Shown here piece by piece: positions 51,090 through 64,000 of a stretch of 64,000 bases of DNA (within the stretch, counting starts at the first letter, position 1; each line of letters begins with the position of its first letter). This DNA is from Lama glama (taxonomy: Eukaryota), in NCBI GenBank assembly GCA_028534125.1, contig CM052832.1, positions 6,264,001 through 6,328,000 of the forward strand, read 5' to 3'. A program made the translations under genes and the position numbers. The notes below the pieces were generated by a model, which saw nothing but the letters and a program-made list of their open reading frames with translations, made no database searches and was not told the origin of the DNA.

Positions 51090-51285
51090 AAACGTTTGTT
51101 TGCAAAGCCGGAAGTCACTTGCTGCCCAGAGCAAACACTCAAGCAGAGGGTTTGCCCCTTTGGAGGGCTTTAGATCCGCGGCTTTTGAGTGAGTTTCTCT
51201 ACATTTTTAGAACCGCTTGAATCTGCATCTTGATGGAATGGGCTGTGAATGTGGACGTGTGAGATCGGTGTGCTTGAGTGTGGCC
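51090..51285 (+). promoter_or_regulatory. Candidate promoter/enhancer (FOX, ETS, NKX2 motif cluster), possibly a distal ADGRF5 start
   Basis: TGTTTGC 51097-51103, CCGGAAGT 51108-51115, CACTTG 51116-51121, GCAAACA 51131-51137, CACTCAAG 51136-51143, CTTGAGTG 51273-51280. Function is inferred only. Confidence 0.4.
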
Positions 51286-52719
51286 AACTGGCCAAGACCA
51301 ACATATATCCTAGGGTTGTTATTTCCTCCTTGGTAGATAAGACAAGAGGAGGCTGGGAAGCCCAAAGCCCTTTGACCAAGAAAGGTGGGAAAGGATGGAT
51401 GGGGAAGAAAGGGTCCTGGAAGCTTTGTGTTTCTCTTTGCTTCCCCAAACAAAAAAACTTCCTTTTTTTTTTTATGTCATGGTCACCAACTAAATTTCTC
51501 CCACCAAAGATTTCAAAGAAAAATGTTCATGTGAAAAACAGCAAGTGGCCAAATGAACAGTCTTTAGTAAGAGTGAGTTGATGAATCAGAGAGAGACTTC
51601 CAGGAGCAGAAATAATCACAAATCATTAAACAAGCAAGTCCTTATGGGGGTTTATCATCAGTCCAGCAGCTTCAACAACTCTATATAGAGTATTGAAATG
51701 CCAATGCTATTCCAGTGTTGGGAAATCCTCATTCATCCAAAGTAGATTTAATTCCATGAACTATCTCTGATGCAAAAAAGAAGAAATGGGCTAAATAAAT
51801 GCTTTAAGATTTTTCAATACTACACAGTTTTTCACCAGGGAAATTAATTAGTGAAGTTCCCCCATTCTGTACCTTTACAACAAAATTCAACCTTTACTGA
51901 AAGCCAATTTGGAGTTTTGAAACAATGAGTTCAAAGAGATGTTACTTAAAATAAGTGGAATGAACTGTGATTGTGTAAAAAGGAAATAAGCAGAAAACTA
52001 CTTTCACTGAGTCCAAGAAACAATAAATTTTTATTAACTTGATCTATTCCCCTGTTTAATTTTCACATAGGGGTTTTAGTGGAAGTTCCCCAAACATGCT
52101 GATTTGGTTGTCTAGTTCCTCTGCGCCTGCCCCAGCTCAGGGGCAGCAGCAGTGCCCTCACCTTTCCTGATGTCCCCCCGACCCCGATCCCACCTGGGTT
52201 CCAACCTCAGCTTAGCCCTGCCCATGTTCAATCCGGATACCTCGAGCTTGGCCACTCCGCTGGCCGTGTTAAAGCGGGACTCCTACGTGTAGAAAAGAAT
52301 CACTAAGGGAGGGAATGATGAGTCTCTTTTGCTTTGATGTCATCTGAAAAATGGGGGGAAAAGGGAAAAGTAGGCTGAACTGGGGGGAGAGGTGAGGACC
52401 CCGTGAAGCAAGCACTTTGTGGTGGAGCAGGAGGGGTGGTTTGTGTGGTTTGTAGAACAGTACTTTTCAGACAACAGTTTGCACAAGAGTCACCCAGAGA
52501 GCTCGTCAGTGGTGACTCTGGACGCCACCCTGAGATTCTGGCAAGAAGGTCACAGGCAGGACCCAGAAGTCCTGGTCAATTGACCATGTACGCTTATTCA
52601 GAACCATTCCCACAGGAATCACTGGGGTCAAGTCTTGGTGCTGATTGGCTCCCATCAGATGCTGCCTGGTCTGGTGAGAAGACCAGAAGGCTGCAAGGTT
52701 TCACCCATGGCTTTGAGGT

Positions 52720-53180
52720 GCAGGGGAGGAGGACGTTTTCCTCAGCCTCTTATGGCCACTGCTTGATCTGAAAATTCGACTGACGAAGACAGGTTAGCAG
52801 GAGAAAAGTATAGCCATTTATTTAATATGTTTTCCATGACACAGAAGCCTTTGTGGAGAAATGAAGACCTAAAGGAAGAGTTAAACCTGAGTGTTTCTAT
52901 GGTAGGTTTGGTGAAGAGTGGAGAGTGGGGACCGCTAAGAGGGGATAAAGAGTAGGAGCAGGTGTAGGGAACTGGGGAAACCTAGCCAAGTCTGTTTGCT
53001 CAAATTCCTCTCGGCATCCTGTCTCAGGTCCCTCTCACATGAGGGTCTTATGGTCGGCTTCAGTGCAGAACAACAGGGGAAGACCAGAGAGAATGTCCTG
53101 CTTCTGCCACTTTCTCAAAGTCTTAATCTCCAAACACCAAGGCGCCATGTCTGAGAGAAGCGTATCCTGGATTCCTGCAG
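52720..53180 (-). mobile_element. ERV1 LTR (MER39/MER34-like)
   Basis: acaggttagcaggagaaaagtatagccatttatttaatatg...aaatgaagacctaaagg...catgagggtcttatg...ggcgccatgtctgagagaagcgtatcctg. Confidence 0.7.
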
Positions 53181-53989
53181 CGATCAGCTCACCTCCAGTG
53201 ACCTCATCCACCTCCCTGCCCTTTTTGACAGCGACCTCAGAAGTCACTCATTGCCACTGGCTGCCTAGATGCCCGACAGAACAAAACAAATACAGGAATA
53301 GAGGAGTGAGAGTGGGCAGCCAGCGGGTGGCGGGGTCCAGGGCCAGCAGGAAGGCAGGGAAAGATGATGCTTCCAGTGCACCTGAGTGTCACCCTTCTTC
53401 CAGCGAAGAGTTTCCAGAGCAAGCGTTAGAATTTGTTCTGCAGGTTTTCCATGGTTAAAAGAGTTTCCCAAATTCCTTCCCAGGCTTCCCAAGCACTCAA
53501 AAGTAAACAATAAAATCGTGTTTACTCACAAACTACCTGTAGTAGAAAACATTTCTGGTGGTCCATAACTCCTGCTGTCACCTTGGAGCTAAGACGGGAA
53601 CTGGTGGAGGGCACTTTGCTTGGGGGAACTGGGATGCACATTTGAAGGCTGGGACTGTGATTGACCTGAAAGGCTCTGTTTAATACAGATAGGAAAAAAT
53701 GAGGACCCCGTGGAAAACCCAGTAACATGAGATCTGAGCTAGTGAGGCTGGGAAGGGATTAGGCAAGGGCTGGAAAGGGGAATTTCAGAAACACGGGAGA
53801 AAGAGGGGAGGGGTGCCACCTCCACCAACGCACATGCACACACACGTGCACACACACGCACACACACGCACACATGTACACACACATACACGTTCCTTAC
53901 TGCCTTTACTCTGCTTTATATCCCTACATGATGTTTTTGCTCATCTGATACATAATTTGTTTGTTTGTTTATTGTCTATATTACACCAG

Positions 53990-54370
53990 TCAAGGTCATG
54001 CCAGGAAAGCAATGGCGCTCTCAAAGGGTAACTGAGAAGATGTAGGGACTTCAGTCAACAAGGGACTAGCAGTTCCAGGAAGCCCTTGGTCGCTTCCTCT
54101 AGGGCAGGAAGGGGCCAGAAGTTTGAGGTGGGGTGTCAAAGGAGCCTGCCACGGCCTGTAGATATGGGCGAGGGGGTTCCCCAGAATCTGTGGCTGAGCA
54201 GGGAGCAAAGCAGCCACTGCCAAGCTGCAGCCAGTAAGGAGGAAGAGGGGTAGATCCCTGACTCCCCTTTCTTCTTGTCTCCCGATCTCCCACTTTCCCA
54301 GCTGACAAGGTGCTGCAAGGCGGGGGTGGGCACCCCAGGGCACAGAGCAGGGCAGAGAAGGGTAGTGACG
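53990..54370 (-). mobile_element. LTR33-like ERVL LTR fragment
   Basis: gcagccactgccaagctgcagcc...tagatccctgactcccctttcttcttgtctcccgatctccc...gggcacagagcagggcagagaagggt. Confidence 0.6.
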
Positions 54371-55724
54371 GCCCGGGAGGCCAGCCAGCATGTTCCTCCG
54401 GCCAGCATGAAACTCCTTGGGGACAGTTGTATTACTTACTGCTTATCTCCAGAGTCCACATGAGTGTCTGGTGCACAGGTTTTCAACAATTATTTGGTGA
54501 AGGAATGAGTGATGTTTGACTTGGAAGAAGAGGCATTTTGAAAGACTTTTCGAGTGTGTGATGCAAACCCCACACAACGGTCCTAGTATCATAGTAACTA
54601 AATTCATCCTTGCTCACAATGCTTTCATGTGCAAGGATGTTTGTTTGCTTGTTTGTTTTTGCAACAGGATGTTTTGAGGGGCAGGTACGGCAGGCATATC
54701 GGGGTGAAAAGAACGGGAAGACGTAACATCCGATTACACACATGTTATACTGATGGGTTATCCAGAAGCTCACTTCACCCACTGCTATATCTGGCTCTAT
54801 GCGCCACTGGACTTGATTAACAGGAACAGATGGCCCCAACCCTGCACCTCCAACAGGACAACCAGAACTGTCTGAAGATTAATGCCCTGGTGTCCACAGA
54901 TGCTGGAGTCACGGGAGGGTTCACCCCCGCCACCTCCACCCCAGGCAGGACAGAGGCCTCAAACGTGGGCTGCTCCGCTTCCATCCTCCCCGAGCCAGGG
55001 GCTCTGGGATGGAGCTTCCTGCCTGTAACACGAGGATTAAGATGGTTCCTCCTTCCCAGAGGATGTGAGGCTCAGCTGGGTCCTGACACGCTGCCTGGCA
55101 TGGGGTGAGCCCTCAGGAGTAGCCATAAGGATTGTCCCTAATCCTGGGAGAGGCGTGGGGCGGCTGGCAGAGCCCCCCACTCTCTGCACCAGATCCTTGA
55201 TCGGGGAGAGGGAAGGTCAGGAGGGAACAGGGCAGCCCATCCCCGAGCGAGCTCTCCTGCTTCCTTCCTTCAGGGCTCAGTGGAGGGGCAAAAGCTGCTT
55301 TCCCTTCTGACCCCCAGTCAGCAGCACACACACACTTTTTTTTTCCCCAGGTGGCCTGGGAGGGGGCTTAGAAGCGTCCTGAGAAAGAAATTGTGCAGTT
55401 CCTTCCTCTGGGTCAGGGAGATGTTTCCAGAGGGAGCCGAAACGAGGAACACGTAGGGAACTCGGGGAAGATGAGTTTCCCTTGGAGAAGATGGGAACTG
55501 CCTTTGTGAGTCTGTGGCCCTCCTTTCGCAAGAGCTCATGCCAAAAAAAAAAAAAAAAAAAAAGTGGCAAGTCCTTCCTCCACTCTCTTTGGATCTAGAT
55601 CCTTAAAAAAGCTTCCCTGAGTTAAAATAGACAAGGCTAATAGAGAAGTGCCACCTAGCACCAAGCTCTCCTGTGCTTGTGTGACAAGCTTACAAGAGAC
55701 CCTCCGGAATCGGGGACACGAGAG

Positions 55725-56100
55725 TAGGTGATGGGGAGAGGTCTCCCCTGGGTGTGGGTAATAAGGCATTACTTGTCTGCAGCAAATTTAAAATCAAGAC
55801 TAAAACCAGCTCAAAGTCTTTTTTGTGTGTTAAAATTATCATCACATTGTGGCAATTCCAAACAAGGTCAGTGATGAAAATACTCTACCTAAAGATCTTT
55901 TGTTGGTCTAAGTTCTAAACAGTTGCTGTCATCACTGGCCAGTTTCAGTAGTATAATCTAAGCTCCTGATTACCGTATTTATATTACTTCTCTTTTAATA
56001 AGCAGTGTGTTCGACATAGAAGTCAATCTGGAAAACTCTGTTCTATACCGACTCCCGGCTCGGAGGGACTCTGTTACATGTACATGTTTCAAGAGTAAGT
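55725..56100 (+). mobile_element. hAT-Tip100 element fragment (MER97-like)
   Basis: ctgggtgtgggtaataagg...ttgtctgcagcaaatttaaaa...ggcaattccaaacaaggtcagtgatgaaaatactc matches the recalled MER97 5' end. Confidence 0.55.
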
Positions 56101-56924
56101 TCTAGCAGTTTGTTTGAGGCTGCTCCAAGTGTCTCTGTCCCTTGGGGCACGACGTGTCCCTGCATTTGGACAGTAGACTGGAAATAAGCGATATTAGCAC
56201 CATGGTTGTAGAGGCAAACTGAACAAAAATTGCTTCAATTCTGTCTTTCTGTGGGACCTCATAGAGTTTTGATTTGTGTTTCAAATTTAAAACAATGAAG
56301 GAGAGGGTTATCTGCATGGTGTACTCTCTTCACTTGGCAAATTATAGCCCCCAGCTAAATGCTTTACCGAAAATCAGTACCTCAGTGAAATGATTTCTTG
56401 TTTAGTTGTTTTACATCTAAGGAACTAATCTAGAAAATAAGGGTGATCACTGGGAATAATGTTCCCATAGAAGAGAGGGGAAGGCTAGTAAAGGATCTCG
56501 TCCAGATGTCAAATATACTAGTTGCCTTCACAGTCCAGAATTGTGAGTGCTGACTGCTGCCTTCTTTAATCTGATTTTTACAGTGCGGAGAAGTATGTGT
56601 GTGATATAGGTGTATACACGCATGTGTGTGTGTGTGCATGTGTGTCTTCGTGGGTTTAGGGAACCAATTTTCTATCTTTAGGTCATTACACGATTTTTGG
56701 AAAATATTATGATTTCAGTCACAGAAATATACCTGTACATTGCCCCTATTAGTAACCATAAATATCCTTGGTCAGGCATCTGATGTATAAGGTAATTTTG
56801 GCACTTAAGAAGGGACGATATGGGAGTACTTCTAATGTAGACCCACAGGTGATCCAAGGGTCAGAGGTCATTTGTAAGAGTGTCCTTATCCACAGAGGGC
56901 CCAGCAGGTTCAAACAGAGTCCCG

Positions 56925-57435
56925 ACTAGACAAAGAAGCTGTGGTATATTTATACAAGGGAATACTACTCAGCCATAAAAAGAGTAAAAGAATGCCATTT
57001 GCAGCAACATGGATGGACATGGAGATTGGCATACTAAATCAAGTAAGCCAGAAAGAGAAAGAAAAATACCATATGGCATCACTTACATGTGGAAACTACA
57101 AAAAAAAAAAAAAAGACACAAATGAACTTCTTTACAAAACAGAAATAGACTCACAGACATAGAAAGCAAACTGATGGTTACCAGAAGGGAAGAAGGGAGG
57201 GGTGGAGAGATAAACTGGGAGTTCAGGATTTACAAATACTAATTACTATATATAAAATAGATTAAAAAAAACAAGGTCCTACTGTATAACACAGGGAACT
57301 ATATTAATATCTTGTAATAGCTTATAATGAAAGAGAATATGAAAGGAATATATATATACCACTATGCTGTACATCAGAAATTAACACATTGTAAACTGAC
57401 TATACTTCAATTTAAATAGACAAACAAACAAAAGA
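56925..57435 (+). mobile_element. 5'-truncated LINE-1 3' end (same cetartiodactyl family)
   Basis: aaagaagctgtggtatat...aatgccatttgcagcaacatggatggac...acagaaatagactcacagacatag...cattgtaaactgactatacttcaattt plus A-rich tail. Confidence 0.93.
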
Positions 57436-60339
57436 AACAGCCCAGGCACAAGCATATTTTAATTGTGGGAACATCCCTCTGGGTACTTACTGGCCCCACA
57501 CAAAGTGAAAAATGGAACTACACTTGAGGAACTTAGGGAAGGACTAAAAATAGATGTGCTTTTCCCTCTCTTAATGTTCCAGGTCAGACGAGGCCAGCTG
57601 AAGGGGTGTGGCCCTGGAATAACCATGTAATTGTTGACAGGTAGCTGTTCGGCATAATATGCCTCAGGTCTAAAAATAGTTTAGTGGTCCTGAGAGGCCA
57701 GCTTTGAATTAGAGAGGGTAAGGCAATTAGGAACAGTCTCAAACTTGGAAACCTGGACTCCTCATTGTGCTGGGATAGGCCGTGGAGCTGGGGGGCCAGG
57801 GGACCTGGACAACTTCCTCGCTGCCCAGCGACAGGGCTCCCGATGCTGGGCAGAGGGCTGCAGCAGCCATGGTGAACACGTTTCCGTCAGTCTCTTAACC
57901 CATCTGTTTCTGAAACACTTGAAAAGTACCGGCTAGAACCCAGGGCAGCTGCGCTCGGGTACCAATTTGATCCCCAGGCACTAGACGGTGAGGCAGGCGC
58001 TCAGCGTTGGCCATGGCAGTAGGAAACGGGACAGACTAGTGACTAACAGAGCTTCCATCCCCAAAGAGATGGCTTAACCTTAGATTCAGGGAGACGGGGA
58101 ATTCCACAAACCTAGGGAGAGGGTCCTCGAAGTGAACAACTAATGCTTCTCCCCAGGATGAAAACAAACAAGCTGTTTTGAATGGGAGCCAGTTTACTGA
58201 GTAATCGGTGTAGGATCTGGAAAGTCTGTGACCTTCCACTTTCTTTAAAAGTGTTTCTCTTCAGATACAATAAAAAGGGGCATTCGTGGTCTCACAAGGT
58301 CTTGCTAAGGATGGACTATTTCGTTTCCCCAGGGCTTGGTCACAAGCTCTGTGGTTTTCCCGCCTTCCACATCTCTGCGCTTTAAAAGGCACGTTCTTCC
58401 TGCTCCCCAAAGACCTGAACTTCAGGATTGTTGATTCATTTTCATTTGTGCTTCATTCTCCAGTCTCATCCCTACTCCCCCAGCCTCCTGCTTCTCCTCA
58501 GCAAGCTTCTTATAGGCTCCTACTTGGCGCTGGATTTCAGAGCCACTGTGGTTTCCCTGAGGCACAGGCATCAGCCCGTGTTTTTTAAAATTTCCTTCTC
58601 AAACCAGCCTTGTCATTGTGCCTGACATAGTATGTATTCTTCAGAGGGCATTTTTAAAAAGACTACATTGTGCCTCTGAAAAAGAGAGGGAAGTGGAAGG
58701 GGAGGGAAGTGACAGACATGAAGCAGGAGCCGTGGGGCAGGGACTCTGGAAGGAGCTGGAAGCAATGATCACCAGACCTCTGGACTCTAAAATTCTTTGA
58801 TCCTGATTTTTCTTTTGAAGTGGATGACTCTTCAGCTCCTATTTGGTGGTTTTGGTGCCATGGCTGTCCACTAATCGATGTGATAAATTTGGAGGAAATC
58901 ACCTGTATGATCAAAGGCAAAAATGGGGGACCCTTTGTTTTGGTGCCAGAGAAAGTGCTGAGGCCCCCCCAGATAGTAAAGAGCATTGGCATCTGGATGG
59001 GAGGTTCCCTTGTGGGAACGGGGCTTTTCAGGCCCACACTAGGGTCTGCCAGATGTTTGCAGATACCTTTCATTGTTACCTGAGGTCTATGATACCTGCC
59101 CATGCAGAGCACCTGCCCCCAGGACGCACCATAAAGGAGCAGAAGTTAGAACAGGGGTGACCGCCCAGTGTGCATGGACCAAAGAACTGGTGCCCCTTCA
59201 ACAAAATGCAGCTTCCTTCAAAATAGCTTCCTTCCCAGACCAGGATAAGAAGGAGTGTCCATGTCCTTAAATACCCAAATCTTCCCCCGGATACTGAGGG
59301 TGAGGGCAGCGGGGGTGGGAGAGGGAACGAAGGAGGAGGATTCAGCGACAAATGTGGTCAGTCAGTAGCTCTGACACCACATGCATCGTGGCCACAGCAT
59401 GTGGTGTCATATTTTGTGCCGTGGGCATCAGTAAGCACTTCCTGACACGTGGATGGCCCATCACCTGGAAGAGCTGAAGGTGGACTCAGAAGGCTCAGGA
59501 TGGCTCCCAGGCCACTGAAGATCAACCCTCCATGAGAAAAGGTCAACAGTGGTCAAGAGAGGGCTGTTGATGGCACGCCTATGGAACCATGTCCTGAATC
59601 TGCCTCCATCTCCCCCAGATGCTCTCTCTCCCTCTTCTGGGAAAAGGCAGGGAAGGCAGTCTTGGCAGGAGCCCAAAATAGGATGTCACTTGGAGGGTGC
59701 TTTGGGTTTCTGAGCAAAGCTGGGACCACCACTGGAGACACAGAAAGGTGGTAGCATATAGCTGTCAGCTATCCAGTTGGTCTAAAAGATGGGAAGCTTT
59801 CAGATCTACCACAGCAAAATAAGTATGTGAAAGATATGTACATCGGGTGTCATAAGTCTGTCTACTGGTGGAATGGGTCCGGTAACGCGAGTACAAATAA
59901 AACCTCAGAGGCCGCAGCCGAGCACAAATCTGACCAACGCCAATTAGAGGAGACTCTGCCAAGATATACAGACAAAAGATAAGAATAAGACCATTTGTAT
60001 ACTATAAAACCACCCAATTATTTGTCGGTTCCTTCCTTGCATCAGGACAGGTCAGTGCTAGAGGAGAATTTTCTTGGCCTTGATATAGGAATACCAAAAG
60101 AGAGCTGACCATGGGCCAAAGGGGTCAAAAGGGTTACCAACATCTGGTTATGGGTTTTAAAAAAAGCCAAAAAAACAAAAACCAGGGCTTACCCTGCCAA
60201 GACATGGAGAGTTTTGCAAGTTGAAACATCATGGACTTTGGTATGCTCTTCTGCTGTGTGTATACTAATATCATGGCATTCCAAACCCTGCTTGCATGGT
60301 GCACTTTCAAACACTCTTCTTTAGTGAACCGAATAGGCA

Positions 60340-61340
60340 CCTCTGCCCTTAGGGAGCTTACACGCTAGCGGAGGGTTGGAAGGTGAGACAGCTAATAAAA
60401 CAAGTACATTACAGTGTATTAGAGGGGATGCGTGATATGGAAAGCATTAATCAGAGAAGGGGGTTGGGGGGAGTGGAATGTGAAATATGGTGGTCAGCAA
60501 TGTTCAGGCAATGGTGGGAATGAGGTGATGGAGTGAGTTAGGGTGTCCGAGCTAAGAGCATCCCAGGCAAAGGCCAAGACTCTGGGAGGGGACTGTGCTG
60601 GCTCACAGGGAGGCTAGCGTGGCTGGAGCAACACGGAAGGAAGTAGGAGAGGAGTTAAGGGAAGACGTGGTGGGAGGAGCAGGGCTGCCAATGGCGTAGA
60701 CCTTACAGGACGCTGAAAGGACTTTCATGTTGACTGTGTGAGACCGGTGCACAGGGGGGCTGAGCTCTGGTGGACATGATATAGTTTATGTTTTATGAAG
60801 ACCGTTCTAACTGCAGGCCAACACAGAGACCGATTAGAGCCTTGACAATAATCCAGGCAAGAGACAATGATGGCTTGATGAGAGTGACAGCAGTGGAAAG
60901 GGGAAGAAAGGCCCGATCATGCGTCTATTTTGAAGGCAGCGCTCACAGGATTTGATGACAAATTACAGTGCACAAGGGAGGACTCAAGGATGACTCTTAG
61001 AGTTTTGGTCTGGGTAACGTGGAAGGATGGAGACACCCTTTACTGAGATGGGAGAGACTGTTGGCAAAGCTAGTCTGGGTGGGAAGATCAGGAGTTTGGG
61101 TTTGGACATGCTCAGTTTGAGAGCCTGTGGGACATCCAAGTGGGGGTAACAAGTGGGCGGTTGGAGACATGGGCCGGGAGTTCAGGAGCGAGGTCTGTGA
61201 TAGAGGCAGACATGTGGAAGTCATCAGCACAGAGATTTAAACCATGAGACTGGTGGAGATCCCTTGGGGGAATAAATGTCAACAGAGAAGAGTTCCAAAG
61301 ACTGAGCCCATGGGACACCCCAGTGTTAAGAGGAGAAACC
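60340..61340 (-). mobile_element. Long L2 fragment (~1 kb)
   Basis: caataatccaggcaagagacaatgatggcttg...actcaaggatgactcttagagttttggtctggg...gatcaggagtttgggtttggacatgctcagtttgag...tttaaaccatgagactgg. Confidence 0.9.
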
Positions 61341-62679
61341 ATCAATGCACTGAGGTGAAGCAGTTTCCTTTTGTCTGCTTTGATTGATCACCTGTGAAAT
61401 GCCAGCACCTTTCGAAGAGCCAGGCCTATAATAAATAAGACCAGGCATGGTCCTCAAGGTCCTTACACTCAGTGCATCCAAATGATCATCTGAATGCAGT
61501 GTGGTAATGGTGGAAGTGTGGGATCAGAGGGAAGGAACCCTTGGCCCAGGCTGGGAGGGCTGTGTGGGTCTTGGAAGAATAACACCTGCCATTTAAATGG
61601 AGACTGCATGTTATCTAGGTGAAAAGGGGGAAGAGCAGAGGCACATAAGAGCCTGAAGTGTGCTGGGAAGTACAGATTTATTGGGTCCCAATGCTCCTGG
61701 TCTGGGAAAATAGCTCTATCTCAAATGAGGTGATGCCCTCAAGTCCTAAGAGACACCTCTTACCAACACAAACATAGATGACGCTACTCATGAATTGGTT
61801 ACTCCGGCTGCACCATCGCAGTCTGGTTGAAGAAGTCTGTGTTCGATTTGCAGCCAACTCCAACATCTTAGGACTCAGGGGAAGAACCTCTGTCATCGCC
61901 AGTTGCATCTGGAGCTGCCGTGGGGCAACGTCTTCCCATCAGCAGTTAATTCTGGGTTGCAGCCAAGACCATATGGTGGTTCCATTTTTTTTATTTGTCT
62001 TTGTTTTCATTATAAATTGAGTGGTACGAGCACAGGGTGTTCCTACCAACAGACGGGACCGTGGGTGAGAGAGGAATTGCTCCTCAGGGAGGCGAAGGGA
62101 CAGTCACCCTGACGACGTCCAGGTCTGTGTCAAAGCCAACTGCGCCTCACGACCCGGCGCAAGCAGGAAAAAGACAGCATTTTCAAAGATGCTTTAACCC
62201 AGGAGCGGACTCTGACAGCAAGATGTTTTTTAAGGCAAGGTGTATCCAAGTCAAGTTCCCCTACTCTGTCACTCTTTCTTGAAGTATCATGGTTGGCAAA
62301 CTTTCCTTTCTCCCAGGGCTGCCTACCTCTGCCAGCAGACATTCAGAGCTATCTTGCAATAACTTTCCAAAGCCGCCAGCCTGCAAAGTTCTTTTAGTGT
62401 CCTTTACCCGACCTGAATTTCCGGTTTCCTCCTATGCTGTCTTCCTTCCTCCCCAACGTAGCTGGTGTCATTCATCTTACATTATACTAATCCACTCACG
62501 TTACCCTCAAAGGAGCCAAAACTCATAACAGAGACAACAGGTGTATTTTGGAGGCATCTTCAAAGTGCCAATCTGGGCAGAACTCTAGCAGGACAGCAAA
62601 GACAAAGACAATCCCAAATCCACGCATGCAACAGTTATTACAACAAAAACGTCTCTTTTCTGCAGAAATAACCATAGCT

Positions 62680-62880
62680 AACACTTAACACAAGCTCACT
62701 ATGTGCCAGGCACTGTTATAAGCATTTCCATCTCCCTAGCAATTCTGAAGTAGGTATTATTATGAGCCTGATTGCACAGATGAGAAAATTGGGGCATAGA
62801 AAGATTAAACAGCCGGTTAAGTTTCTGAGGAGCTACTAGTGGGCTGATCTGGAGTCCATACCCTTAACCCCAAGCTACCC
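62680..62880 (-). mobile_element. MIR SINE
   Basis: ctatgtgccaggcactgttataagcattt...gtaggtattattatgagcctgattgcacagatgagaaaattggggcatagaaagattaa. Confidence 0.8.
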
Positions 62881-63024
62881 TAGGTTTTTAAGACCCAAGT
62901 GTTTTTTCCACTATGTATGTTTAATATTGTAGGTTTTAGTGTAAAAAAGAATCTGGAATATCTTTGTCCATTTCCTATAGGAAAAGTCAATACCACAAAT
63001 ATTTAGCATAAGAAATTTGGAATA

Positions 63025-63245
63025 TAGTTGAGCCTTGAACAATGCAGGGGTCAAGGTGCTGACCCCCTTGCAGTCAAAAATCCGTGTGTAACTTTACTGT
63101 CAGCCCTTCATATCCGGGTTCCACGTACAAAGAGTCAACCAGCCAACTGTGGATCATGTAATAAACCAGTGTGTATTTAGTGAAAAAAAAAATTGGCATG
63201 TAAGTAGACACATACACTTCAAACACAGTTTTCAAGGAACAACTA
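63025..63245 (+). mobile_element. Tigger2/MER8-like TcMar MITE (second copy)
   Basis: TA|tagttgagccttgaacaatgcaggggtcaagg ... ttttcaaggaacaacta|TA. Degenerate inverted repeats with TA flanks, similar to 11186-11418. Confidence 0.85.
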
Positions 63246-64000
63246 TATTCTGAAATATGATTTAAGCTACTTGGCTGGGTGCACATATGTTTTAATATTT
63301 TTATTTTATTGATTTATTTGGCCACAGGTAGTATTTTATATAGAATCAAAAGATTTATTTTTCGTGGTGATTTTCTCTAGAAAATGCGATTAGAACTGGG
63401 TTAAATCAGAAGGCCCTTTACTGTGCCACTAACAGTAAATCCAGAGGGAATGTCCATCCACAGTCGGCCACGTGTCCAAGCACACCCCAGGGTCCAGCAA
63501 GGAGAATGAGATCACTGGGCTTTAGGCCAATCACAACGTGCCCCTCTGAGTGCTGAGCCAGGGCTGGGCTGGCAGCGAGGAGGAGGTGGGGGCCAGCTGT
63601 AGGCGGGCATCCGTCAACATCCCCCGTGATGGCGTGGAGTGGGCTGGACGCAACACTTGAGAATCAGTACCAAGAAACAGAATAATAACATTTTGAAAGC
63701 TCCTTCTCCTTTTGCTAAAATACCTCACTTGGTCACCAGCCTGGGGACACTGATGGTTGCTGGCACGCCTCCAGGCAGTAGCTCTGGCTGAAAGGGAAGG
63801 CTGGCAGGGATGAAGGGAGATGGTGTGTAACAGGCAAGGCGTGGGGGGAGCTTGGCAGGTTAGAGCTGAGGTCTCCTGTTCTGGAGTCCTTCCTCTAAGC
63901 TCAGCTTTTCTCAGAGCCTTTATAAGCTCAGCAGTATTATTATTTCACTTTGACACGTAATAAAACAGCCTCAGTGAGGTCTCGTGATGTGTACAAGGTC

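Noticed and set aside
13200..64000. ADGRF5 coding exons or any other protein-coding gene
   Set aside because: No ORF or spliced segment resembling ADGRF5 or another known protein was found. The short ORFs are consistent with random or repeat-derived frames.
1..64000. A novel multi-gene biological system
   Set aside because: The content is explained by a known adhesion GPCR, common mammalian repeats and intergenic DNA. Nothing visible supports a new system.

Overview
This window is mammalian genomic DNA, not microbial. It is most likely camelid (alpaca/camel), judged from a camelid-type tRNA-derived SINE and cetartiodactyl-type L1 3' ends. Bases 341-12927 (+) hold the last seven coding exons of the adhesion GPCR ADGRF1 (GPR110). 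All junctions are GT-AG, the frame is continuous, and the GAIN/GPS, tethered-agonist, 7TM and C-tail regions are intact. A 500-N assembly gap lies in one intron. The remaining ~51 kb has no credible coding exon. By recalled synteny it is the interval leading into the 5' non-coding end of ADGRF5 (GPR116). It is filled with L1, L2, MIR, LTR and DNA-transposon relics, including a nearly full-length decayed hAT transposase. I found no convincing novel biological system. The best leads are regulatory (a FOX/NKX2/ETS cluster near 51.1 kb, an LTR-borne NF-kB/STAT element) and retrotransposition signatures. Repeat family names come from recall of consensus sequences, and repeat boundaries are approximate.
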